A DNA stretch of 64,000 nt from Babesia bigemina (lineage: Eukaryota). Below are positions 1-12,594 of this stretch, one piece after another (position 1 is the stretch's first letter; every line of letters begins with the position of its first letter). The stretch covers positions 2,294,001 through 2,358,000 of the forward strand of contig NC_027216.1 of assembly GCF_000981445.1 (NCBI RefSeq), written 5' to 3'. Under the pieces are notes generated by a model, which saw nothing but the letters and a program-made list of their open reading frames with translations, was not told where the DNA came from and searched no databases. The position numbers and the translations under genes were made by a program.

Positions 1-525
1 TGCTGAGCCGCTTCAGTGCGCTGCAGCCATTTAGATTAGTAACAACACGTGGCTTCAAAGGGTGTGTAACGCAACCTACCGTTCCATGCCGGTAGGTGTG
101 ATTGTGTTCGGGGTTGCTCGACAAGGCTGCGGCTACCCTGTGTACCTCGGCAAATTCCGGGGAAGCAGGCTCGCAGCGCCACTTAGCTGCACACCTAAGG
201 GCCAACTGCCCTCGTAGAGCGGATTAGAAGACGGCACTGATGTGATCGCTCGCGTTTGCGCATATGGTAACACGGCCACCTTGGCAACGTCACGTACGCT
301 CCGTTGAACCGTGTCTACATAAAGCGACGCTCAACCACACATGGCCTCATTGGTGCGCATGTGAGTTGATTACGAGTGTGCGCTGAACGTACAAGCCCTG
401 CAAAGTTCATAGCGCTGTAAAAATATACTGTACATTAAACGAGCAACCCGCTGGGGATAACGGACACGTTGGCAGCAACAACCGTTGCCGGTTAAGCTTC
501 ACCGGAGTCGGGCCCAATAGCGCCG

Positions 526-2098
526 ATGACGCACGGAAGTACAATGGTAGGAGGTGCGGCAATAAAGCTCGTCACGGCGCTGCTCATGCACCTGGTCGCG
601 GTGCCGCTGGCGGCGGCCGGCATATGGGACATTGCGGAGATGCAACACGCGCATTTCCTGCTCAACAGCCCGCACCCCACCCTGTACACGTCACTGTGCG
701 ACCCTGAGCAGAGCCTTTTAAGGCGGAAGTTCCAAATCGCATGCTTTGTCAGCAATAACACGCCGTTCAACATGTGGGATAACTCCCCCCAAAACGCCAC
801 GAGCATCATCGTGATGCCGGAGTTGAGCTTCGAACAGACTTACATCATGGACATCACAGTGCGCCACGCGGTGCGGAAGGCTTCGGCGAGTGTGTGGTTG
901 TACCGGGAGCTGACGCTGCAGGTCGCCCACATAATCCTGGAATCTACCAAAACGCAGGACGGAGACGAGAACGGTGGCAAGGACGGCCTCACCGACCCTG
1001 CCAGTGGTGAGGCTCACGGAACAGAGGACGCAACAGGCGGTGTCACGCCGGCGCGAGGCTCTGCGGAGTACGTTTCGCAAATGCTGGTGCAGAGGATGAA
1101 AGAGAACGTCGAGAAGATGATGGGAGACAAGTCGAGGTTGTTGAAAGAATGCGTCATAGCGCCAAAGGAGATGTGCAGGGGGCACCGCAACCACATAACA
1201 TACTTGAGGGACCTGTTCCCCAACTTCTTGAACGCAAGCAGCAGGGCCGCATCGAATTTCAATGCTGCTGATGGGAAGACCTTCCCACCCAGAGGCGACG
1301 AAGAACTGGGCGCCTTCGGCGCTGCAAACGACGACATTCTGATCCAATACGCCAAAAGGTTCCTCGTGACGCAGGTACGCAACAACCCCCGCCTACTGTA
1401 ACTGGCAGCACATGCCTCAGCACGCTAACATCCTTGCAGATAACGATGTACACGCAAGACGCCAAGAAGACGATGGAGGAGGCGCTATGGCTGCGGGAGT
1501 GCCTGCTCATCAACGAAGTAAACACCCTGGTATACGACATGACCGAGTACAGCGGCGAGCTGCACCGACTGTAAGCACCTAACTCGGCCGTTTCAATGCA
1601 CCGTGCAGAATCCAGGAACTGGTCGTCAAGATAATGAACGGGTACTATCACCTGGTGACCATCGCCATAAAGATGCTCGATGGTACGTGAAATGAAACCG
1701 TAGCCTCACAACAGCCTGCAGCCAACCTGAAGGCCATCAGAAAACTAGAGCCGGACGAAATCTGGGCGCAATACGCACACTCGGTCAGCATCTCGCAGAA
1801 GTTTGCACGGGACATAAAGGCCACGCTGGTTGAAATCATGAGCGCCCAGCACTACAAAGGCCTCAAAGACGTTTTCAACAGATACGCCCTGATGACGGGG
1901 CGCAAGCGCCTCATCACGCAACCACGGAGGAACTCCACCACTTTGCTAGTCCTCAAAACGGCCGCAATAAGGGCCTTGAAGGAGGAGATAACGGTGGAAA
2001 CGGCGCAGCGTGTGTTCGGCATCATCGGGACCCGGGAGTGGTTCGCAAGGCTCGCAACGGAGTACCGTTCAGTATCAGCCATGATCTCCAAAAAGTGA
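526..2098 (+). CDS. Hypothetical protein, probably secreted (4 exons)
   Basis: ORF 526-1374 has an N-terminal hydrophobic stretch (AIKLVTALLMHLVAVPLAAAG). GT-AG introns at 1375-1439, 1571-1608 and 1683-1731 join it in frame to the 1838-2098 ORF. No family recognised. Confidence 0.65.
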
Positions 2099-2377
2099 CC
2101 AATGTAGTTTCGCATGCAGCTTTTACGCCGGTTGCACCACTGTTTTTGCACCGGCGCCGTGCAGCGGCTCTGGCTCAAGAGGCGGCCAACACGGTGGACG
2201 CCACAAACCCGGCAACCACCCGGGTCAAGGGCACTCCCAAGATCCGAGTGCAGACTGCGCATGCAAAACCCAGCCACAAACGTCGCAGCGGCGGCGCCTA
2301 ACACGAGCGCACCCGAAAACAGATGTAAACGATGTAAGCAAGGCACAGCTGTGTCATCCCTAAATTTAGACATTCGG

Positions 2378-3821
2378 TCACTCGCACTCTGTGAGCATTT
2401 CGTTGAGAATTTGGATCGAGTCCACGTCCAGGTTGCACGTCTCAACGAGGTACGCCTCCACGTCTCGGAGGTAGCTGTCGATCGGGGCGCTGCCGGGCCC
2501 CGCGGCGAGCACCTGCCCGCGGTTGCGCAGCAGGGCGTAGAGCAGCACGTACGCCAGCACGCGGTAGAGGTCTTCGCTCAGCACGGGGGTGTTGTTCCCG
2601 ATGCGGAAGGTCGACAGCATCGATTCGAACTCCTTCGAGACGGTGGGTACCATGTCCTCGGGCAAGTGCCGCAGAAGGGTCGCGTACCACAGCCTAGTTT
2701 TGTCCTGCGCAACGTTTTATGGGCTCTGTGGACCAACTCACGTCGAGGCTGCAGCCGGTGAGCGCACCTGAGCGCAGATACTCGCGGGTCCTGTACGTCA
2801 GGCAGGTGCTCAGCGTGTACCACAGAATCGAGAAGAGGTTGAGGCACTTCAGCAGCGGCGCGCGCGGGCTCACGGCCTCCGAGGGGTCGTACAGGCCGCT
2901 GTAGTCGAAGGCTGACTCCTCCGCCGGGGACGTGAGTCCCGCCCGGCGCGAGTCGGTGTCCGCGGCGCCCGCCGCCTGGCCGCGCGCGACGCTGCCTTTC
3001 CGCGGCCTGTCATTCTCGCCGAGCCAGCTCCCCACGCCAGCGAGCTGCGGAGTTGCGCTTTGCTCTGCGGGCGGGTCGGGGAGGTCGAAGTGCACACGTT
3101 TGGCCTCGGCCAAGGGCTTGTAGTTGAACATGACGCACTTGTCCTTGACCTGCTCTGGCTCACGGGTGCGATAGAGTAGAGGGACCCAGGTTGTGTGGGG
3201 CTGCGTGCTGGGCGCGGCCACTCCGGCGCAGGGTTGCAGGCGGCGCAAACCGCTGAGCAGCGCATGCAGCGACTTTGGGCTGGAGTTGCGCACTGCTCGC
3301 GGAGTGATGACGCCAGTCTCCATGGGCGACTTGGCGGCCGCCGCTTCCACGCTGGCGTTCTTCTCTATGCACGCTGCGCTGCAGAAGGACTCGTATACCT
3401 TGCGCGGGTAGACCTGCCTGGCGGCGAGGTCGATCTTGTAGGTCGACTCGTTCCGCGCGTGGCGCCCGCGGTTGGCGACGCTCCTGTTGCAGTAGAGGTA
3501 GCCACAGAGGTCCGCCTGCCTGCGGGACATGGCGATCTCCTCAAGCATGGCGACGTCCACGTACGTGGCGATGTGCCGCCGCACGACGCTGCAGGGCGCG
3601 CAGCATTCCCCCGAGGCCTCGCAGTTGAATCTCAAACCGCTGCTGCACTGCAAGCTGAGCTGCTCCAGGAACCGCTGGAAAAGGCTCGAGTTGGAGACGC
3701 GCTCCGGCCCGCGCTGCAGCGATACGTTGTCCAACTGGTCGGCCACCTGGTCCGGCGAGAGTTGGCAAGTCGGTCCGCCGAGCTGGTCCTCGGCTGGCCG
3801 ACCGCCGCCTTCCCCGGTCAT
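2378..3821 (-). CDS. RPAP2: Rtr1/RPAP2-family RNA polymerase II CTD phosphatase-like protein (2 exons)
   Basis: Zn-binding motif CGYLYC...YKIDLAARQVY...SFCSAAC matches the Rtr1/RPAP2 signature. A 37-nt intron at 2705-2741 (GTGAGT...GCAG) joins it in frame to the 2378-2665 ORF. Confidence 0.8.
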
Positions 3822-3873
3822 GGGCAGATTTAGTATAATACTAGACTAAATTAAGAGTGGCGGGTGCGCGTTT

Positions 3874-5881
3874 CTAAAGGTCGGGCGGGCCGGGCTGCCG
3901 GGGCTTGGGGCCGCCCGCAGGCTTCGCCATGATGAGCTGGTCCACGGACAGGATCGTCGAGACGGCCTCGTACGCGAGCTTGATGCAGAATAGCTTGACC
4001 ACGTAATGGTCGTACACACGGCCCGTCTCCGCGCTGGCTAGGCGGTGCTCGATGTCGGAGCTGACACACGCGAAGCGGTCGCCCGCGTCGTGGGCGGCGT
4101 ACAGCTCGGTGATGACCACGGTCGCGTCGTGGCCGGAGTTCGCGGCCAGCACCTTGGGGATGACCTCGAAGGACTCGGCGAATTTGAGCGCGGCGTGCTG
4201 CTCCAGCCCCGACAGGGTATGCGCGAACTTGGCCAGCTTGCGCGCCATCTCGATTTCGAAGGCGCCGCCGCCGGGTAGGAAGCGCGGGTCACGAATAGCA
4301 GCGCTGATACAGCACAACGCATCGTCTATGGCGCGCTCGATCTCGTCCAGCATGCCCTGCGTGGCGCCCTTGAGGATGATGGTGGAGAGCCTGTGCTCGG
4401 CCGCCTTGAAGACGATGATCTTCTGCGACGACAGCTCCGTCACCTCGGCCGACTCCACCACGCCGAGGTCGTCCTCGCTCGGCTCCTCCAGCTTGACGAC
4501 GGCGGTGGCCCCCAGGGAGCGGCACAGGCGGCGCAGCTCGAACTTCGACGTTATCTTGACGACCATGATGCCCATTGCGTTGCAGTAGTGGAGCGCGAGG
4601 TCAGACACCGCGCCTTGCGCAATCACGCAGCTCACGCCCTTGTCCTTTATGGAGCGGATCACCTGCTCCATCTCAGCCTCCTCGCCCTTGCTGAAGTTGA
4701 GCAGCTCCTCGGCCGTGTGCAGCATCACGGTGCTCTTGGCCTCGGTGCCGGCGAACTCCAGACCGCCGGCTACGACGAGCACCTTGGTGCGTCCCACCTT
4801 CTTCACGGTGCCGCTGGTGTCGCGCACCACCGCCATGCCGTTTATCACGGTGGACTGGTCCAGGCTGCCTCCGCAGATCTTGACCACGCGGACGTTGTCG
4901 ACGTCGAAGCACTTCGGGTCCGGCGGGATGATGGACGCGCACGCCCTGGCGACCAAGGAGGTTATGAACTGGGGGCGTGAGATGTGCTTGCCGGCGATGC
5001 TGGTGCCGACCACCAGCGACAGCTCCGCCTCGTCGCGGATGTTGGAGACCTTCCATATGACCTCGTCTTCGATAAGCTCGAGCAGGCGGTTGTACGCGAT
5101 CTCGTAGCCCAGGCGAATGTCGGATATGTGCAGTCCTTCGCCCAGAAGCAGCGATGCCTGCAAACACGTCAGCGGCGGTCACGACAAACAGGCACTGCCA
5201 ACAGCACGACACGTATCACATCGAACAGGCTCACAGCACACATCACAGCGAACATACTCGCCATACACATCACATAGAACACCATAGATGCAATTCAAAG
5301 CGGCCATGAACTCGGAGCACGCCCAGAGACGCTGTGCGGAGCCTGCAACTGCCACCGGCAGCGCCGTCATCGGGAAGGCAGGCGGCGAAGACGTGCGGTA
5401 GACAACGCACGAGCACGTAACATAAGGCAACAACCAAACCAATTTATCATCACGGTGGCATGGGCCGCTACGCATTGCAAAACAAGCACTTGTCACCAGG
5501 AAGGCAAATCGGCCGGCAGCACGGCGAGGATGTGGTAGACAAACTTACATTTCCCAACATCTCGCCGGCGAGAGCGATCAGCGAGTTGGTTCCATCCCCA
5601 AACTCGTTCTGCATGGTCTGGACGGCCATGGCCAGCACCTTCGCCGCTGGGTGCTCCACCTCGATGCCGCCCAAGATGGTCTCGCAATCGGACGTCACGA
5701 AGCGCTTGTTGATGTGGTTCACGATGAGCTTCTTCATGCCATTTGGCCCCAGGGAGGTCTTGAGCATGTCTGCGATCTCGGTGCAGGCCTCAATGTTGCG
5801 CACAATGGCATTGTCGCTAGGGCCGAACATACGGCCGCCGCTGCGCAGGAGCGCCTGCGGACCGAAACGTTGAGCGAACAT
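3874..5881 (-). CDS. CCT8: T-complex protein 1 subunit theta (chaperonin CCT8), 2 exons
   Basis: Motifs TSLGPNGMKK, HPAAK, GDGTN, PGGGAFEIE and C-terminal VDQLIMAKPAGGPKP (theta-type). ATG at 5881; phase-0 intron at 5158-5548. Confidence 0.95.
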
Positions 5882-6465
5882 CGTCCCTCCTCTCAAGGAC
5901 TAAATAATTTGCCGATATGCGGCCTAAGTGAATTAAAGGAAAGGAGTGGACCTGCGCAGCGCGGTGACGGACGTCCACCTGGCTGCCATTTGTTGTGCAA
6001 CGCAGGAATCACGCGCGCCGCCCCGGAAAGGGCACGAGCAGGCCGGGCACGGCGTCCAAAGGACAAGGGCGCATTTTATGTGGTTATGTGTATACGGCTC
6101 CAACCGTCGCGCCCGGGAATCTCGGCTGGGAAGCAGCGTCACCTGCCAGGAGAAGGCAGCCGCCAACGGGACGCCGGGTGTGTAAACTCCTCGGCCTGGT
6201 GCGACATTACACAGCGGAAACTAGCAATGAGAAAGAAAAGCGACAGCGTACGAACAGATTACAACGCTCCGCTGGGTGTCTCCGTGACAGCCGCTGCGCC
6301 GCCGCATGTGTGTGTCTTTACCCACGCGGTGACCGAGGCGGCCGGACGTGAAAGGCACGCCCACTTTAGCGTTGACCAGCCCGTGCCCTTGCAGTAGCTT
6401 ATTCGACGAGCTGACTGTTTCACGAACGCGCCACGGGTGGAAACCTCCGTAGCCACGAACACTTA

Positions 6466-7575
6466 ATGAACAAGGCTACGCTAGTGAGGTGCTTCAGAGG
6501 TATCGAAGACAGCTTTTCGTGCAACGAGGCCAGGATCAACCCGTATCTATTTGCGCAGAAGCAGCTAAAGATCGTCACCAACTGTGCAATCGCACTCACC
6601 AAGATAGATCCGCATGAGCCTGGAGCCGTGACGCACACGCTGCTCGGGACATTCACCCGACATGCCAAGCGGATCCTGAGCGAAACACACAAACTTTGTG
6701 CGGATAGTACGACATCGCCTCGACTAGGATACAAAATCTCGGCGAATCAAGACCCACACGCGGCCGCTGCAACGCTCAGACAGAGGATTTTGAAGCTGCA
6801 AAATGAAGCGTCGCTTGCGTTCACCCTCGCAATGTGTGCTCAGAATACCCACGAACATGAGCGACAGTGCATGGGAGGAGTGCTCCCGCCAGTGGAACCG
6901 CGCTTGTGCACGGACCGGAGCGTTGTTGCGCTCATTGGCGCGCTGCACAAAGGAGAACGCTTCAAAAGCGAAGGAAGCTCCGAAACAGCCGAACGATGCT
7001 TCAAACACCTTATAGACAGGTCGCAGTCCATTCGCAGGCTCACCTGCCGGGAGTGCTCGCTGCTGCTGTGGAGGCGCGTCGCCACGCACTACATGAACGC
7101 CGCCGCCACCGATGACTGTGTCAGGCAGACCAGCACCCTGATTTACCACTGCTACGAGAAACTGAAAGACGAGGTGTTTATGAATTTCGGGGACGACCCT
7201 CCGGGGACGTCAGACCCACGACAGGACCAAGGGCCACCCGCGCTTCCCGATGAACGGGCGTTAAAGCGGCTCCAGCAAACGCTTTCCAACGTCAGCCAGG
7301 CTGCGCTGATAATGCGGCATTGCGAGTCGCCATCCGGGGCGGCAAGTTTGCTGCACGCCCTGGGTCCCTCTTCGATCCGCAGGCTCAGCCACATGTTGAC
7401 GCTGGCGTGGCGGCTGCAGGGCCGGGCCCAGCGCAGCCACAAGTCCAGCGACACCCACACGAAGGTGGGGCTGGCCGTCGCAGACGCCATGGACGGGAGA
7501 CGCATGCGGTGCACCTACGAAAGCGCCGTGGGGAACAGTGCGTACACGGTTGACATACTGGTCACAGCTCCCTGA
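6466..7575 (+). CDS. Hypothetical protein (C-terminus weakly RAP-domain-like)
   Basis: 369-aa ORF divergent from CCT8. It ends in YESAVGNSAYTVDILV, resembling the start of a RAP domain; this resemblance is weak. Confidence 0.55.
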   Translation: MNKATLVRCFRGIEDSFSCNEARINPYLFAQKQLKIVTNCAIALTKIDPHEPGAVTHTLLGTFTRHAKRILSETHKLCADSTTSPRLGYKISANQDPHAAAATLRQRILKLQNEASLAFTLAMCAQNTHEHERQCMGGVLPPVEPRLCTDRSVVALIGALHKGERFKSEGSSETAERCFKHLIDRSQSIRRLTCRECSLLLWRRVATHYMNAAATDDCVRQTSTLIYHCYEKLKDEVFMNFGDDPPGTSDPRQDQGPPALPDERALKRLQQTLSNVSQAALIMRHCESPSGAASLLHALGPSSIRRLSHMLTLAWRLQGRAQRSHKSSDTHTKVGLAVADAMDGRRMRCTYESAVGNSAYTVDILVTAP

Positions 7576-7754
7576 GACGAATTCCATGTAACTTGATAAA
7601 ACTAATGTAACTGCATTTGACAAATGGGTTATTCTGTGGGAAGGTGTGAGCGTGCGCGGCTGCAAGCACGGGCGTGTGTCCCTGCGGTCCGCAGCGGTCA
7701 CTGGGGCCCTGCGATGGAACGACCATCACAGATCGGTCGCGACGCGCCACGGGC

Positions 7755-8783
7755 CTATATGCGGCCGTGGTCCACCTTCACGCGTGCGTATTTGATCGAC
7801 ATCTGCTCGTGGTACTCGTTGGCCCTTTTCCTGCGGAACGACTCCAACGCGTTGGGGTCGGGCGGCATCTCGGCGCTCAGCAACCCGGAGGGCACTGCGC
7901 CCACGGGACCTGTCGCCACGCTGGAGTCGGTGGGAGGGTGAAACGTACGAGACGGAGCGGGCGCGCAGTTCGAGAAGCCGCCACTTCTGCCAGCATACGC
8001 AACGGCACTCTCGTAGGGAACGCTGCAAACATTGTGAAAAGACGGTGCGGAAATGCCACTCACCCTGCCCATTGCCGCAGTGCTTCCTGGTCCGCAACGA
8101 GCGTCATCGGTATGGAGCGGTACCTGCTGGCGCTCAGCTGCTTCCGGCGGGAGTAGTCATAGCTGGGGTCGTCCGGGGAGACGCGGGCGCCGAAGCACTC
8201 GAAGAGCTCCTCCAGCTCATCGTAGAAGTCCGACACGCGCGTGCTTGCGCTGTCGTATATGGCGTCGGGAGGGGTGTACTGGGGGACGACCGTGTCCGCA
8301 GGCAACGCCGAGTACGGCCCGAACCCGGCCGCGCCGCTATCCCGTTGCATCCTCAACAACGACGCGAGCACACCTACGTTACACGTCTCCAAGGCGCTGG
8401 GCGGCGTCGCCGGAGCAGGCTCTGCGGAGGTTGGAGCAGCCCGTTGCCGTGCCTGGGAAGCTGCGACTACGTTGTCGGGATAAGGCCAGGGAGGGGGCGG
8501 GGGCACGCGGTCATCAGACCTCCGGTACTCGGGATACGCGCCGTGCGCGGGGAATCCGGGTCTCTGAATACGAAATGTCGACGGGCATGCCAAGGGCGGC
8601 AAACATGAACACTGGTCAGAAGCGAACCGATGGGAACGACGAATTGGCGACTGGAGGAGCCTCGTGGTACCTCCCGGCGTGCGGGGGCTGCGTGGAGAAG
8701 TTCGAGGCTTTGGGTGCTGGCGGCACCGGTGCGGCGCTGCTGAACGGCGACGGGCTGTCGAAACGGCTCCTGCAAAGCAACAT
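7755..8783 (-). CDS. Pro/Ser-rich hypothetical protein with a C-terminal inhibitor-2-like motif (3 exons)
   Basis: ATG at 8783 (MLLCRSRF). Introns GTTCGC...TATTCAG (~8564-8627) and GTGAGT...TTTGCAG (~8023-8063) join the ORF-track pieces 8616-9020, 8060-8602 and 7755-8072 in frame. Confidence 0.6.
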
Positions 8784-9447
8784 AAAATTGAACGGCGTGC
8801 TAGAGAGCTGACTTGCGCTTAGGAGGCCTCGTGTTGTCGCCTGAAGACGTGGAGTAGTTGGCGCGGTGATGGTCAGCCGCCATCCAGCAACGTCAGCGGT
8901 GAAAGCTGCTCTCGGCCACGCGCCGCGCAACGCCGGATCAGGAGCGCAAAATAGAGTTCGACCTAATACGAATATCACCGCGTACGGCACCGAAACAACC
9001 AACACGCTCTTTGGACGCAAAAGGCTCGGGGTGGCCGACCGGCGCCGACGCTTTCAAAGTCGGAAACTGCGGGAAGCAGCGGAAAAGTGAGACTCCAATT
9101 CGAGTCTTTCGAAATCACATGCCAGAGCGCCGGGAAAATCGTGAATGCACGGCACGGAGCCACCGCGGCGCCGTATGGCAGCCCGGGCCACAGGAGCAAA
9201 GGTGTAGGGTTAATGCCCCTGGATGCCGCGAGGTACCACGTAAAATTCGCTCGGCCGCGGTTGTATTAACGGCGGATGCAGTCAGCGCTGGGTGTGTGCC
9301 CGTAGTCGGCCGGGGGAATAATCGCAGGCTTGACGCGAGAGTGCCCCGCGCGCTGCGACGCGAGCCAGCACGGAATAGGACTCGTCTGAGGGCGGACCGC
9401 GTCTCCGGGTTCCACGCCAGCGGGCCGCGCGCGTGATCCACACCGCC

Positions 9448-11022
9448 ATGGCGAAGCCGGTCCCGGCGCGCCAGGATTCTGGCGGCAGCACCGGAGACGT
9501 CGAGGACTCCCGCGATGTGAAGAGCGCCTCCGGGAGCGTCTCGGAGGAGCTCAATGCCACGCAGGTGTCGTTCGCGAGCGCCAGGCGCACCAGCGGCGAG
9601 CACATTGCGCACCATCGCTCAAAGCCGGTGGACGACCGCAAGCAGTGGAGCGCCATCAAGTCGCTCATGAAAAAGCTCAACACGCTCTCGGAGCCCATGG
9701 GCGACGCCGGGTGGGGCCCCGCGTACGAAATCGCGTCCAAGCCGACCCGGAAGGGGCCCACCATGGGGCTGTTCTTCGCACCGGCGAAGCGGCCGGAGTA
9801 CTGCTCGCTCATCATGCAGACCCCGGATTCCATGGAGCGCTACTCCTTCTACGGCAAGCTCATGCAGCACATGAGCTGCGCCCCGTACGCCATCACGACC
9901 GTCACCTACGGCCACGTGGTCGGGATCGGGCGGTGTGGGCTGTGCGGAACGCAGTGCGGCAAGGTGGTCGTGTACAAGCTGGACACGTTCGAGCGCATCT
10001 TCGTGTTCGACACGCTGTACTACTACGGCAAGGCTGAGCTTCCGATGGTGCAACTGGAGTCGATTCCGGCCGACGAGGACTCCGTGGTCGCGCCCAACGC
10101 GTTCGAGATCAACGCCCTCAAGCTGGTCAAGACGTTCGAGAACTACTCGACCATGATGGTGGTGGGGAACCAGCTCGGCCACCTGCTCGTCGTCGAGCTC
10201 CCCTCCATGCGGCTGCTCAACATCATATACTACCCCAAGCAGGGCGTGGCGGCAACTCCCGAGCCGCCGACCTCCGCGGCCGTTGAGGAGGAGGAGGAGG
10301 ACGACAACGAGTATGAGGAGACGCCTCGGCAGCAGCGCATCCAGACCGTGGTGGAGATGGGCGACCCCAGCCCCTACATTTCGTGCCTCAAGGTGCAGCC
10401 GAACGTGAACGACGTGTGGGTCGGGTACGGTGACGGCACCTTCGCGGTGTTCACCATCCCCGCGGGCCTGTGCAAGAAGCACGTGCCGGCGGACTCGATG
10501 GAGAAGGAGACGAACAGCAACGTCGAGATCGACGTCCGGTGGCAGCGGGTCACGAGCATCCATTTCTCGGGCATGCTGGACCTGGCGCTCGTGGTGTACG
10601 GCAACATCCGCGTCGACGTGTGGGACTCCCGCACGTACACCCTCCTGAAGTCGCTGCCGGCGTCCATACTCACGTGCGACTCCAGCCTCATCTCGTCCAT
10701 GCGGGTGTACGAGGGCCACGAGAAGATGTGCCTCCTGTTCATCGGCTCCATGGAGGGCTCGCTCATCATGCGCAAGGTCCAACGGCACCCGACCCACGGG
10801 GTCTCGTGGTCGCTGCTGCTCAACCTGCTGTACGACATCAAGTTCAGCGCGACGCCCGGCGAAAAGCACGAGAGCACCCACGAGCTCGAGTCCATCGACT
10901 TCAGAGGCGCTCCCATCACCTGCATCTACCCGCTGCTCTCCTACAACGCCGTCATTGTGGGCAACGCGTGCGGCGCCATGGTAGCGGCGTGGAACGTCCT
11001 GAAACGCATCAGGGGGAAGTGA
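9448..11022 (+). CDS. WD40/beta-propeller-like protein
   Basis: Long ORF with strong GC3 bias. Repeated beta-strand blades (VWVGYGDGTFAVF, VDVWDSRT, LFIGSMEGSL, VIVGNACG). Confidence 0.7.
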   Translation: MAKPVPARQDSGGSTGDVEDSRDVKSASGSVSEELNATQVSFASARRTSGEHIAHHRSKPVDDRKQWSAIKSLMKKLNTLSEPMGDAGWGPAYEIASKPTRKGPTMGLFFAPAKRPEYCSLIMQTPDSMERYSFYGKLMQHMSCAPYAITTVTYGHVVGIGRCGLCGTQCGKVVVYKLDTFERIFVFDTLYYYGKAELPMVQLESIPADEDSVVAPNAFEINALKLVKTFENYSTMMVVGNQLGHLLVVELPSMRLLNIIYYPKQGVAATPEPPTSAAVEEEEEDDNEYEETPRQQRIQTVVEMGDPSPYISCLKVQPNVNDVWVGYGDGTFAVFTIPAGLCKKHVPADSMEKETNSNVEIDVRWQRVTSIHFSGMLDLALVVYGNIRVDVWDSRTYTLLKSLPASILTCDSSLISSMRVYEGHEKMCLLFIGSMEGSLIMRKVQRHPTHGVSWSLLLNLLYDIKFSATPGEKHESTHELESIDFRGAPITCIYPLLSYNAVIVGNACGAMVAAWNVLKRIRGK

Positions 11023-11174
11023 GGCGGCCACCGTGCCGTGCGCCGTAGCCTTCAACACAGGGGAAACCATGACCTGGCATTAATCGCAAATGTGTAGAGT
11101 TATTAAAGTTTAAGTCGTTACTATGAAAACACGCCCGCGGCAACGAGCCGGAGGGGCCAGCACAGCGGCGTGCC

Positions 11175-12194
11175 TCATTCGGTTGTCATCTGCGACATGT
11201 GGACGATATGCGATATGGTGGTGCGGCACATCGGGCAGCTTTTGTACATGTTGCCCATGCCGGCGGCGCACGTGCTGCACATGCACATGTGGCGGCACGG
11301 CATCACGAAGGTGTCCTTCGCATTGGTGAGGCACACGACGCACCGGCTGTCTGTATCGACGTCGTCTGCCTTGTTGAAGGATTTGCTGAAGGCCGACGCG
11401 TTCAGCCCGTACACCTCCTGCAGCTCGTAGCCCACGCCGCCCTGGCGCACCCGCTGCTTCGTGGTCACGAACTCCCAACGGTTGCTGGTTGAGCTAAACG
11501 CCAGGCCGCCCATGATGAACAGCTCGTAGTCGTTGGCAGGCGCGGCGAAGAGCAAGAGGATCGGCACGAAGGCGGGCTCATCTTTAAACGAGCTGAACTC
11601 GTAGGTCAAACGCCGATGGGCCAGCACGTCGTTCCGGTCCAGACGGTATTGCAGCTTATCGCCCACCGGCAGTTGGTACGGCCCCAGTCGCAATTCGGCT
11701 TTTGAGAACCTGATCGCCGTCAACATCACGCCCAATCAACCTACGATGGGATTCCGTTTGAAAGGCCTTGGTGCTTCTGCTGGAACAGGAAGCTCACGGT
11801 GGCCGGCGCACGGGAGCTGTATTCGAAGGACAGCGTGAACTGCGCGTCCGTCAACTAACGCATCGTGACTTCAATCATTGATACCGACGCACCTGATGTA
11901 CTGTTATACTCGACTTCAGCACGGCAACGGCGGCGCCCATGCTACGGATGCCTTCCAATGAAGACCTGCTGACGGGGAGGTCTGGCTTCTCCGTGAAGTC
12001 TTTTGGCGTTGCGGCGGCGTCTACAATGAAGCTCTGCGAACCGTGACACCCTCACAGGCACAAAAACGAACCGTCAGATTGGATATTTCGGGCTCCAGGA
12101 TGATCTGTTGAGGAGGCGCGGGGTTGCTGCCTTCCTCCAACTCAGGCCGGGCGAATAAGCGCGCGTGCCTCACGCGGCTTACGGCGTGTCCCAT
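11175..12194 (-). CDS. C3HC4 RING E3 ubiquitin ligase, MGRN1/RNF157/LOG2-like, multi-exon
   Basis: KQRV...YELQEVYG is followed by CVVCL...PCRHMCMCSTCA...CPMCR. The N-terminus MGHAVS (ATG 12194) is a likely myristoylation site. Several short introns lie between 11740 and 12075. Confidence 0.8.
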
Positions 12195-12594
12195 TGCGGC
12201 CGAGGCTGTGGCAGAATTCTGACCTTGGAGGCACCAGCGGCTGGGCCACACACTGCGACTGGGCAGCTGTTACCGGGGGCAAAATGGACTCAAATCGTCA
12301 GTAAATCAGCGTTAAATGACATCAGCCAATAATTGTGAGTGTAGATACTCCATCATAAAGGCGTACCACGCGCGAGGCGGTGGACTGGAGCCCGTGGCAC
12401 GATATGTCTAGCACACACCGAAGCAGCCGGCTCGCAGAACTCGCCCCCAACACACTTTACGGGGGGGCACGATCAGCTGCTTTCGGCCCCTACAGCATGC
12501 GTTTGGACGCCTGCAGCGCCGCACAGCCACGCCCGCGTCAACGTTTAACTACCAGTAACATTAGAAAACTACAAGTCTTCTGCGTGTACACAAT

